This document shows, piece after piece, positions 30,327-37,747 of a DNA stretch of 64,000 nucleotides. The notes beneath the pieces were generated by a model. That model made no database searches and was not told the DNA's origin. It saw only the letters and a program-made list of their open reading frames with translations. Source of the stretch: an uncultured delta proteobacterium (GTDB lineage Bacteria > Desulfobacterota > Binatia > Binatales > Binataceae); NCBI GenBank assembly GCA_963724765.1, contig CAVRVY010000001.1, positions 672,001 through 736,000 on the forward strand. Reading direction: 5' to 3'. The translations under genes were made by a program, and so were the position numbers. Within the stretch, counting starts at the first letter, position 1. Every line of letters starts with the position of its first letter.

Positions 30327-30968
30327 TCAGGCGGCCGTGTACTGGTCAACTGGAAACATCAGGCGACCGCGCAGGATCGGTACGCACGCAGGTGGAAAGT
30401 CCTGCACGATTTCGCCCCCCGCGTCGCGCAGGAGCCCGATGAAGCGCTCAAGATGGAGCATCGCGCCGGTCGGCAGGTCATGCAGCACGACCACGCTCCA
30501 CGACGTGGCGCAGCACTGCACGAGCGCCCGCTCGACCCATCCGTGGGGGTCCTCCCAATCGCGCGGGACGCAATTCCAGAGCACGCAGGTGAAGCCGCCG
30601 GCGCATAGGTAGTCGACCACCTTGCGATTGAGCAGGCCCGAATCGAGCGCGCCGCCGCCGCCGAAGGGGCGGAAGAGTCGGTCGGGATGCGCGAGCGCGC
30701 CGAGCATCCGCTGGGCGCGGCCGATTTCGTCCTCGGCGCCGTCGTGGTCTTCGCGCCGGCCGAACGGCTTCGTATGGGTCAGGCTGTGATTGCCGATCCA
30801 GTGGCCTTCGGCGTGAGCCCGCTCCGCACGCGCGCGGCGCTCGGGGTCGCCGAGCTTCTCTCCGATCACGAAGAAGGTCGAGCGCACATCCGCGGCGCCG
30901 AGCACGTCGAGGACCTGGGCGGTCACTTCGGGCTCGGGTCCGTTGTCGAAGCTGAGCGTGATTTTCAC
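30327..30968 (-). CDS. Polysaccharide deacetylase (NodB/CE4) family protein
   Basis: 'LSFDNGP', 'TFFVIG', 'GNHSLTH', 'FRP.G', 'RDW', 'VLHD'. Confidence 0.88.
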   Translation of the reverse strand: MKITLSFDNGPEPEVTAQVLDVLGAADVRSTFFVIGEKLGDPERRARAERAHAEGHWIGNHSLTHTKPFGRREDHDGAEDEIGRAQRMLGALAHPDRLFRPFGGGGALDSGLLNRKVVDYLCAGGFTCVLWNCVPRDWEDPHGWVERALVQCCATSWSVVVLHDLPTGAMLHLERFIGLLRDAGGEIVQDFPPACVPILRGRLMFPVDQYTAA

Positions 30969-31063
30969 TTCACTTCGACCATCCTTGACGCCGGTTCCGC
31001 CGGGCGTCACGCCCCCCCGGCATCGCGCGGCTCGTGTTTGGCGCTCGGCGGCGCTCGCCCCGT

Positions 31064-31183
31064 CTACTTCTTTTGTTCCATCGGGGCGCCGCAGCACTTG
31101 AGCGCGCCCGCGCCGCCCTTGGTGACGATTACCTGCGAGCCGCACTTGCCGCAGATGTAAACTTTTCCGAGCTGATTAGCCAT
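31064..31183 (-). CDS. Desulforedoxin-like 39-aa metal-binding protein (copy A; not in the ORF track)
   Basis: Hand translation MANQLGKVYICGKCGSQVIVTKGGAGALKCCGAPMEQKK*. CxxC-x15-CC matches desulforedoxin spacing. GGAG RBS upstream. Confidence 0.88.
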   Translation of the reverse strand: MANQLGKVYICGKCGSQVIVTKGGAGALKCCGAPMEQKK

Positions 31184-31230
31184 CGTTGTTGGTTGCTCCG
31201 TTAAGTTGATGTGATGCGCCGCGCACAGCC

Positions 31231-32025
31231 TCAGGCGCCGCGAAACAGCGGCTTGCGCTTGTCCAGGAAGGCCCGTACGCCTTCGGCGCGGTCGGCTGTG
31301 GTTTGTAGCAAGGCGTACAGATCCTCTTCAAGCCTTATACCTTGATCCAGGGTCAGGTCGTATCCCTTGCGCACGGCTTCCTTGGCCAGACGCGCGGCGA
31401 CCGGGCCGCGGCTGATGACTGCACGCACGACTTCGGCGGCCACGCGTTCGAGCGCGGCGCGGCCGGTTGCGGCATAAGTCACGAGCCCCACGCGCAGCGC
31501 CTCGCCGCCATCGATCGTCGCGCCGGTCAGCAGCAGCCGGAGCGCATGGGCCGCGCCGATAAGCCGCGGCAGGCGCTGGGTGCCGCCAAAGCGTGGCAAC
31601 CGGCCGCGCCCGAGCTGGCTCATCGTGAAGCGCGCGGATCGCGCTGCGACGCGAAGATCCGCCGCGAGCGCCAGTTCCATCCCTTCATCGGCGGCGACGC
31701 CGTCGATAATCGCCAGCGTTGGCTTGGCGAGCACCGCGATCGATTCGACCACCATCGGCACAATCGAATCGACGTCATCGTCGAAGCCCGCGCAGAAGTT
31801 GCCGCCCGCGCCGCGAATCACCAGCATCAACGCGTCCGCGTCGTCTTCGACCTCCTCGGCTAGCTCGACCAGCCTGAGCGCCATCGCGGCATCAAGCCGG
31901 TTGCGCGCGGCCGGCCGCACGAGCGTCGCGGTGACGCATCCGCCGGCGCGCGCGACTTCGACCTGGCCGGCCGCGGCGCGCGCCGGACGCGGGCGCTCAG
32001 GGCTGCGGCGTGTCGCCCTTGTCAC
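31231..32025 (-). CDS. Enoyl-CoA hydratase/isomerase (crotonase) family protein with a degenerate active site
   Basis: 'NFCAG', 'KPTLAIIDG', 'GGTQRLPRLIG', 'EGVRAFLDKRKP.F.G'. The canonical GGG and PE motifs are replaced by 'DEG' and 'SQ'. Confidence 0.88.
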   Translation of the reverse strand: MTRATRRSPERPRPARAAAGQVEVARAGGCVTATLVRPAARNRLDAAMALRLVELAEEVEDDADALMLVIRGAGGNFCAGFDDDVDSIVPMVVESIAVLAKPTLAIIDGVAADEGMELALAADLRVAARSARFTMSQLGRGRLPRFGGTQRLPRLIGAAHALRLLLTGATIDGGEALRVGLVTYAATGRAALERVAAEVVRAVISRGPVAARLAKEAVRKGYDLTLDQGIRLEEDLYALLQTTADRAEGVRAFLDKRKPLFRGA

Positions 32026-33550
32026 GCAGCTCCTTGCGAAGGATTTTGCCGAGCGGATTCTTGGGCAGCGCCTCGATGAACTCGATCGCCTCGGGCCGCT
32101 TGAAGCTCGCCAGACGCGTGCGACAGAACTCGCTGATGTCGGCCGCGGTGACGTTCTGCCCCGGCCGCGGGACGACGAAGGCCTTGACCGTCTGTCCCCA
32201 TTCGACCGACGGCACGCCGATCACCGCAGCCTCGTCGATCGCCGGATGGCTCATCAGGACGGCTTCGATCTCGGCGGGCGCGATATTTTCGCCGCCGCGG
32301 ATGATCATGTCGTCCTTGCGTCCGGCGAAGAACACGTAGCCCTCTTCGTCGATCCATCCAAGGTCGCCGGTCGCGCGCCATCCCTCGGGCAGACGGGAAT
32401 CGTCCTCGCGTCCGGCGTAGCCCTTCATGATGCGCGGGGTGCGGATGAGGATTTCGCCGATCTGGCTCGGCGCCAGCAGGTTGCCCTCGTCGTCGCGCAC
32501 GGCGACCTCGACGTCGGGCAGCGGGCGGCCGATCGAGTTGAGCCGCTTGAGCTTCAGCTCGACGGTTTTGCTGTCGCCGTCAATACGATGGTCGTCGGGA
32601 CCGAGCACGGTCAACGAGGAGGTGGTTTCGGTCTGGCCGTAGGCGTTGACGAAGCCGACGGTTTTGGGGAACGCCTCGATCGCGCGGCGGATGGTCTGAA
32701 TCGGCATCGCCGCGCCGCCATACGCGAGATTGGTAAGGCTCGAGAGATCGGTGTTGGCGAACGACGGCTCGTCGAGCAACTGCTTCATCATCGTCGGCAC
32801 GACGAAGGCGTGCGTGACCTTCTCGCGCGCGACCAGTTGCAGCCAAGTCTTCGGATCGAACTGCGGCATCACCACCATCCGCCGCCCGGTCCACAGGTTG
32901 GTCATCATCGCGGTGGTTCCAGCGATGTGGTAAAACGGCACGCACACTAACGCGACGCCGCGATCGCTGCCGTCGGCCATCTCAACGTTGGCCGTGACGT
33001 AGGCGGCGAAATCGCGAAAACGCAACATCACGCCCTTGGGCAGCGAAGTCGTGCCGCTGGTGTACATCAGCACCGAGACATCCTCGTCGTCGACCTCGAC
33101 TTCGCCCTCATCGACCTCGGCTGCCTTGGCCAGGTCCGCGAGCCGCGGCACCCCGGCCTTGCCCTCGCCCCAGGCCACCACCTTGGCGGTATTGAGCTTG
33201 GGCGACACGCGCGCCATGAGGTCGAGGTAGCGGTCGCCGGCCAGGAGCACCTTGGCCCCGGCGGTGTTGATCATGTACTCGAGCTCGGCGTCCTTGGCGC
33301 GGTAGTTGAGCGGCAGCCAGGTGAGTCCGGCCTTGGCAGCGGCGTAGTAGCCGGCGATGTAGTTGTCGGAGTTGGTGTCGAGCGCGGCGATTATGTCGCG
33401 AGGTTTGAGCCCGAGCGTCTTGAAGGACGAGCTCAGACGCCCGACCAGTTCGTTGAGTTGCGCGTAGTTGAGCCTGCGATCGCCGAAGACCAGGATTTCC
33501 TGATCGGGAGCGATCGAGCCCGGGATGCTGATGAAACTGACGGTGTTCAC
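31997..33550 (-). CDS. Long-chain acyl-CoA ligase / AMP-binding enzyme
   Basis: 'YTSGTTSLPKG', 'AYGQTET', 'TGDLG', 'GRKDDMIIRGGENI', 'LPKNPLGK'. Confidence 0.95.
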   Translation of the reverse strand: MNTVSFISIPGSIAPDQEILVFGDRRLNYAQLNELVGRLSSSFKTLGLKPRDIIAALDTNSDNYIAGYYAAAKAGLTWLPLNYRAKDAELEYMINTAGAKVLLAGDRYLDLMARVSPKLNTAKVVAWGEGKAGVPRLADLAKAAEVDEGEVEVDDEDVSVLMYTSGTTSLPKGVMLRFRDFAAYVTANVEMADGSDRGVALVCVPFYHIAGTTAMMTNLWTGRRMVVMPQFDPKTWLQLVAREKVTHAFVVPTMMKQLLDEPSFANTDLSSLTNLAYGGAAMPIQTIRRAIEAFPKTVGFVNAYGQTETTSSLTVLGPDDHRIDGDSKTVELKLKRLNSIGRPLPDVEVAVRDDEGNLLAPSQIGEILIRTPRIMKGYAGREDDSRLPEGWRATGDLGWIDEEGYVFFAGRKDDMIIRGGENIAPAEIEAVLMSHPAIDEAAVIGVPSVEWGQTVKAFVVPRPGQNVTAADISEFCRTRLASFKRPEAIEFIEALPKNPLGKILRKELRDKGDTPQP

Positions 33551-34380
33551 AGTACTCCGTTTCCTCCAGGGCGGCGCGCCCTCTTGGGGGCGGACATGGC
33601 CGCCGGTGCTCGCTCTTCGAGCCTTAGATTTTCGAGCCTGCGTGCGAGCCGACGCTCCATCGCCAGCCCTTCATTGAGCGGCAGGTCCAGGCCGTCCCAG
33701 ACCGCCAGCTTCGCCATCGCAACCCGCTCGCGCGGCAAGCGGGCCAGGCGGCGTGCCAGCACTCCGGCCGCGCGCATCAGCGCCGCGCCAGGCACGACTT
33801 CGGCGACCAAACCTATTGCTAAAGCCTCCTTTGCGTCAATCCAACGGCCCGTCAGGCAAAGATCGAGCGCCCACCCGGGTCCCAGGCGGCGCGAGGCGGT
33901 CTGCGTGCCGGCCACTCCGGGAATCATTCCCAGCCCCGTTTCGGGCAGGCAGAACGACGCATCATCGGTTGCGATTGCGATATCGCACAGCAGCATCATC
34001 TCGAGGCCGCCGCCCACCGCGTAGCCGTGAACCGCGGCGACGGTCGGGATTGTCAGCGCGCGCAGCCGGCCCCATACGTCACGCCGAAAGCGGACCCATC
34101 GCGCGACCGTCGGCGAGGGCGCAGTGCCGAACTCGCTCACGTCGCCGCCGGTGGAGAACGCCGGACCTGCGCCGGAAAGCACCATCGCGCGGACTTCGGG
34201 ATCGTCGTGGATAGCACTGAGCGCGCCGAACAGATCGTCGCGCATTGCCACGTTGTAGGCATTGAGCTGGCGCGGCCGGTTGAGCGTTATCCATGCGATC
34301 CGGTCGCGCTTTTCGAAACGAATCGTGCTGAAGCCCGGCGACGGGGGCGATGGGCGGATGGCATGCGATGATTGCGCCAT
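33547..34380 (-). CDS. Enoyl-CoA hydratase/isomerase family protein
   Basis: 'ITLNRP..LNA', 'AFSTGGD', 'AVGGGLE', 'F.LPE..LG.IPG'. Both catalytic Glu positions are present. Confidence 0.92.
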   Translation of the reverse strand: MAQSSHAIRPSPPSPGFSTIRFEKRDRIAWITLNRPRQLNAYNVAMRDDLFGALSAIHDDPEVRAMVLSGAGPAFSTGGDVSEFGTAPSPTVARWVRFRRDVWGRLRALTIPTVAAVHGYAVGGGLEMMLLCDIAIATDDASFCLPETGLGMIPGVAGTQTASRRLGPGWALDLCLTGRWIDAKEALAIGLVAEVVPGAALMRAAGVLARRLARLPRERVAMAKLAVWDGLDLPLNEGLAMERRLARRLENLRLEERAPAAMSAPKRARRPGGNGVL

Positions 34381-34413
34381 GGGAGCGATGACCGCGCGAG
34401 CGGACCGGCGGAC

Positions 34414-35967
34414 TCAGGCGGAGAACAAGTCTGCGCCGGGGCTGGCCGCGACCTCGGGGCGCCCGCGCTCGAAGATAACGCGTCCGCCGACGATCGTGAT
34501 ATCGACCGGCAGGTTCATCAGCTCGGCGGGCTTGAGTGCCATCGGACCGCGCGGCAGCACCATAAGGTCGGCAAGGCGCCCGAGCGCGATCTCGCCCGCT
34601 TCAAGCCGGGCCAGGCGGGCCGCCTGCGTGGTGAAGAGCCTGAAGCCCTGCTCGATCGAAATCCGTTCGCTAAGGGAGATTTCGTAGCCCTCGATCGAAA
34701 CGCGCATCGCGGCGGCGGCGATCGCGGCCAGCGGCCGCGCCGGCGTGACCGGCGCGTCGGTGGCGCCGGCGATCTCGAGGCCGGCCTCCAGCAGGCTTCG
34801 CGCCCGATACAGGTAGGGCAGCAGGCCCGGCTCGGTGACGTACTTGGCGCCGCGATAGTAGGAGAAGCCCGGGTTGGTCACCACCCACGCGCCCAAGGCT
34901 TTGAGGCGCTCGAGATGCTCCGGCGTGATCACACCGCCATGCTCGATACGAAAAAACGGACCGCCGTCGAGCGCGGGCGACATCCCACGCGCGGCGGTCT
35001 CCAGCGAGTTGAGCGCGAGTTCGAGTTCTTCGACCTCGGTGCAATGGAAGGCCGAATCGAGTCCGGCCTGGCGCGCCCGCGCGACCCATCGCGCGATCGG
35101 GCGATAGTCGGTCTGGGGACTCTCGACGAACTTGACCGCGGCGAGCGTGATCCCGGCCGGCTGCGCGGCCCGCGCCGCCTCGGCAAGGGCGTCCAGGTAG
35201 GGCGCGCCAAGCATCATCGCCACCCGCTGCGTCACGGCGCGCCCGCTCACCAGCCGCGCCATCAGCGCGACTTCCTCGGGGCCGTTGCGCACGGTCGCGT
35301 CGGTGAACGCGGTGACGCCTGCGGCGGCCAGTTCGCGACTGAACAGACGCGCGCGAGATTCCAGCTCGGCCGGTGTGACGCGCGGCAACCGCCGCGAAAT
35401 ATAGCTTTCCATCCCGGCCACCAGACCGCTTAGCCGGCCCGTGGCGTCGCGCATCAGGACGGCGCCTTCGGGCGGCTTGAAGTCGGGCGCCTCGAGACCG
35501 AGTGCGGCGATCGCGCGCGAGTTGAGCCACGAGGCATGAAGTGTCTGATGGCGCAGACGGAGCGGATTCTTGGGCACCGCCGCGTCGAGTTCCGCGCGGG
35601 TGGGTCCGCGCCGCCCGGCGAGCAGCGCCTCGTCGCATCCGAACGCGCGCAGCCAGTTGCCCGGCGGCGTCTTGCCCGCGGCCACGCGCAACTCCGCCAT
35701 CAGGTCGTCGAGCTGGCGGCATCGCCACAGACTAAGCCCGGCCGCCGCCGACGCGGCCTCGAGGAAATGGAGATGCGAATCGATCAGGCCGGGCGCGACG
35801 ACGCGTCCGGCGAGCCGAATCAGATGCGTGCGCGGGCCGACCAGCGGCTTGAGTTCGCTATACGGCCCGAGGGCGAGGATGGTGCCCCCGGCGACCGCAA
35901 TCGAATCGCCGCCGGGATAGCCCAGGATCACTCCTTCATGCAGAACCAGGTCAGCCTTGAGGGCCAT
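34414..35967 (-). CDS. YtcJ-like amidohydrolase (Amidohydro_3)
   Basis: 'PGLIDSHLH', 'PTRAELD', 'H..WLNS.A', 'FHC', 'RIEH', 'TDAP', 'G.LADL.VL'. Confidence 0.92.
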   Translation of the reverse strand: MALKADLVLHEGVILGYPGGDSIAVAGGTILALGPYSELKPLVGPRTHLIRLAGRVVAPGLIDSHLHFLEAASAAAGLSLWRCRQLDDLMAELRVAAGKTPPGNWLRAFGCDEALLAGRRGPTRAELDAAVPKNPLRLRHQTLHASWLNSRAIAALGLEAPDFKPPEGAVLMRDATGRLSGLVAGMESYISRRLPRVTPAELESRARLFSRELAAAGVTAFTDATVRNGPEEVALMARLVSGRAVTQRVAMMLGAPYLDALAEAARAAQPAGITLAAVKFVESPQTDYRPIARWVARARQAGLDSAFHCTEVEELELALNSLETAARGMSPALDGGPFFRIEHGGVITPEHLERLKALGAWVVTNPGFSYYRGAKYVTEPGLLPYLYRARSLLEAGLEIAGATDAPVTPARPLAAIAAAAMRVSIEGYEISLSERISIEQGFRLFTTQAARLARLEAGEIALGRLADLMVLPRGPMALKPAELMNLPVDITIVGGRVIFERGRPEVAASPGADLFSA

Positions 35968-36061
35968 CAGGGTATTAATCGCCGGAGCATCGAGGGCGAA
36001 GAGAGCAACCGCGAAGCATCCTCGCTTGTAGCCCGGACTCTAGCCAGACCTTGACCGGACT

Positions 36062-36205
36062 CTAGTCCGAGGACGGAAGCGCCTTGGCTTCCTTAATTTT
36101 CATTTCCGCCTCGCAACACTCGATCGCGCCGGTGCCCGGCTTGTTGCACAGCACCTCGGTGCCGCACTTCTCGCACAGGTAACGCTTGCCCAATTGGTTA
36201 GCCAT
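36062..36205 (-). CDS. Desulforedoxin-like 47-aa protein with a C-terminal KEAKALPSSD tail (copy B; not in the ORF track)
   Basis: Hand translation MANQLGKRYLCEKCGTEVLCNKPGTGAIECCEAEMKIKEAKALPSSD*. GGGAG RBS upstream. Paralog of 31064-31183. Confidence 0.9.
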   Translation of the reverse strand: MANQLGKRYLCEKCGTEVLCNKPGTGAIECCEAEMKIKEAKALPSSD

Positions 36206-36340
36206 CGTTGAATACTCCCATGATCGTCGCCAGCCGTTGCCGGTCCGGTGGTGAAATTCGTCTGAGGACCGCTGGCTGAAAATTCAAGCCGTATGGTCCC
36301 CGGCACTTCTTTAGAGCATCGGACGCATTTCTTCAATCAG

Positions 36341-37468
36341 TTACTTCATCAATTGCACCGGTTGTGCGTCGCTTGCAAACGGCAGCTCGCTCACTGCCGC
36401 CGCGAGTTCGCCGTCCGCGTCATCGATACGCACCACCGCGCCCGGCGTCCATGCGCTGTGATGCAGGATCGCGAGGGCGAGCACGCCGAGCCGTGGCGAG
36501 CGGAGCGGGCTCGTGAGACGGCCGACCTCTTTGCCCGCGAGCATCACGCGCGCGTCGGCGGCCGGAACGCGGTCGCCTTCAATCCTGAGCCCCATCAGCC
36601 GCCGCTTCAACGCGCCGCGCGCGGTCGCCCGCTCGACGGTTTCCTGCCCGATGTAGCATCCCTTGTTGAACGAGATCGCCGGTTCCATCCGTGCTTCGAG
36701 CGCGATCGTTTTGTCGTTGGTGTCGACCCCGACCCGTGCAGTGCCGCTCTCGACCCGCAGGATCTCGGCCGCTTCGATACTGATCTCTCTGACTTCGCAC
36801 CGGTCTTCGCGGCGAATTTCGCCGTGCTCGCCGCCCGCCGCGACCAGCCGCGCAACGATTTCTGGCGCGCTCTCATGCCGGGCGAGAATGGTGAAAGCCG
36901 GCGCGTCCCATCGCGTCACCTGCGCGACCAGCGCGCCTCCCTCGGCCTCGCCAAATCGCCACGCGCCGGTGAGCGCCGCCGGCTCGCCCAAAACCGCGGC
37001 TACCGCTAGCGCCGCGTGCGGCCCGTCTATTTGAATCACGTCTATTTGAATCACGTCCTGCTGAATCACGTCCTGGACCACGCCGTCGTCAACAGCGCCG
37101 CCGCTTTCTTCCAACTCGACGTCGTCGGCGACCAGGAAGCGCTCGAGGTGGGCGCGCACGGCCGGCCACAGCGAGCGTTCCATTTCGAGCAGCAGTGCGT
37201 CGGCGGTGGCCCACACGTTCGCCTCGGCAATCAGATGGGCGCGCTCGGTCAGGAACAGCGCCGCGACGAGGTCGCCCGGCTTGAGTCCTTTGATGTCGTT
37301 GCTGCACATCCCGTGAAGGAATGACGCGCGGTCGTCCCCGCGCATTCGGATAATGACGCGCTCGGCGCACAGCCGCACGCCCGCGCCTTCCGTGAGCGCG
37401 CGGTAATCGGCCTCAAGGCCGCCGGTGGCGTGGCGCTCTGGCGCCATCGTGGAACTGATGTAGTCCAA
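36341..37468 (-). CDS. ygfZ: YgfZ/GcvT-family folate-binding protein (Fe-S cluster maturation/repair)
   Basis: Signature 'KGCYIGQE' and 'G.DRASFLHG..SND'. The start may be ATG 37448. Confidence 0.9.
   Translation of the reverse strand: MDYISSTMAPERHATGGLEADYRALTEGAGVRLCAERVIIRMRGDDRASFLHGMCSNDIKGLKPGDLVAALFLTERAHLIAEANVWATADALLLEMERSLWPAVRAHLERFLVADDVELEESGGAVDDGVVQDVIQQDVIQIDVIQIDGPHAALAVAAVLGEPAALTGAWRFGEAEGGALVAQVTRWDAPAFTILARHESAPEIVARLVAAGGEHGEIRREDRCEVREISIEAAEILRVESGTARVGVDTNDKTIALEARMEPAISFNKGCYIGQETVERATARGALKRRLMGLRIEGDRVPAADARVMLAGKEVGRLTSPLRSPRLGVLALAILHHSAWTPGAVVRIDDADGELAAAVSELPFASDAQPVQLMK
37024..37082. repeat. 15-bp in-frame tandem repeat inside ygfZ (3 copies plus a partial)
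   Basis: CGTCTATTTGAATCA x2, CGTCCTGCTGAATCA, CGTCCTGGACCA. Encodes VVQ-DVIQQ-DVIQI-DVIQI-D. Confidence 0.85.
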
Positions 37469-37574
37469 TTTCTGATTCGACTCCCTGCCAATTCGGCCGT
37501 CGCCGGCCCTGACGATTCCAATTCTATCATCGCCGGGGATTGCGTATACTGTTCCCGGAGGCGCGAAACGTCCT

Positions 37575-37718
37575 ATGGGTACATTTGTTTTCGGACTTGT
37601 AGTGGGGTTCGGCGCGGCGCTTGCGTTCTTCGTCTACGACGAGGGCGAAGTCTTTCTCAACCTGTCGCGGCAAATCAAGCTGGTCGCCGGCAAGTACAAG
37701 CAGGAGCATCGCGCGTAA
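37575..37718 (+). CDS. 47-aa single-TM small protein (not in the ORF track)
   Basis: MGTFVFGLVVGFGAALAFFVYDEGEVFLNLSRQIKLVAGKYKQEHRA*. GGAGG upstream. Ends 29 bp before the next gene. Confidence 0.7.
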   Translation: MGTFVFGLVVGFGAALAFFVYDEGEVFLNLSRQIKLVAGKYKQEHRA

Positions 37719-37747
37719 CCGGGCACCGTCGCACGGGGGACTTTTTG

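Noticed and set aside
30969-31145. N-terminal extension of the deacetylase given by the ORF track
   Set aside because: It overlaps the 39-aa miniprotein. Homology starts at 'VKITLSFD' (GTG 30968).
36100-36336. ORF-track 78-aa ORF starting MKKCVRC (CxxC)
   Set aside because: TTG start without an RBS, and it overlaps the better-supported desulforedoxin-like ORF in another frame.
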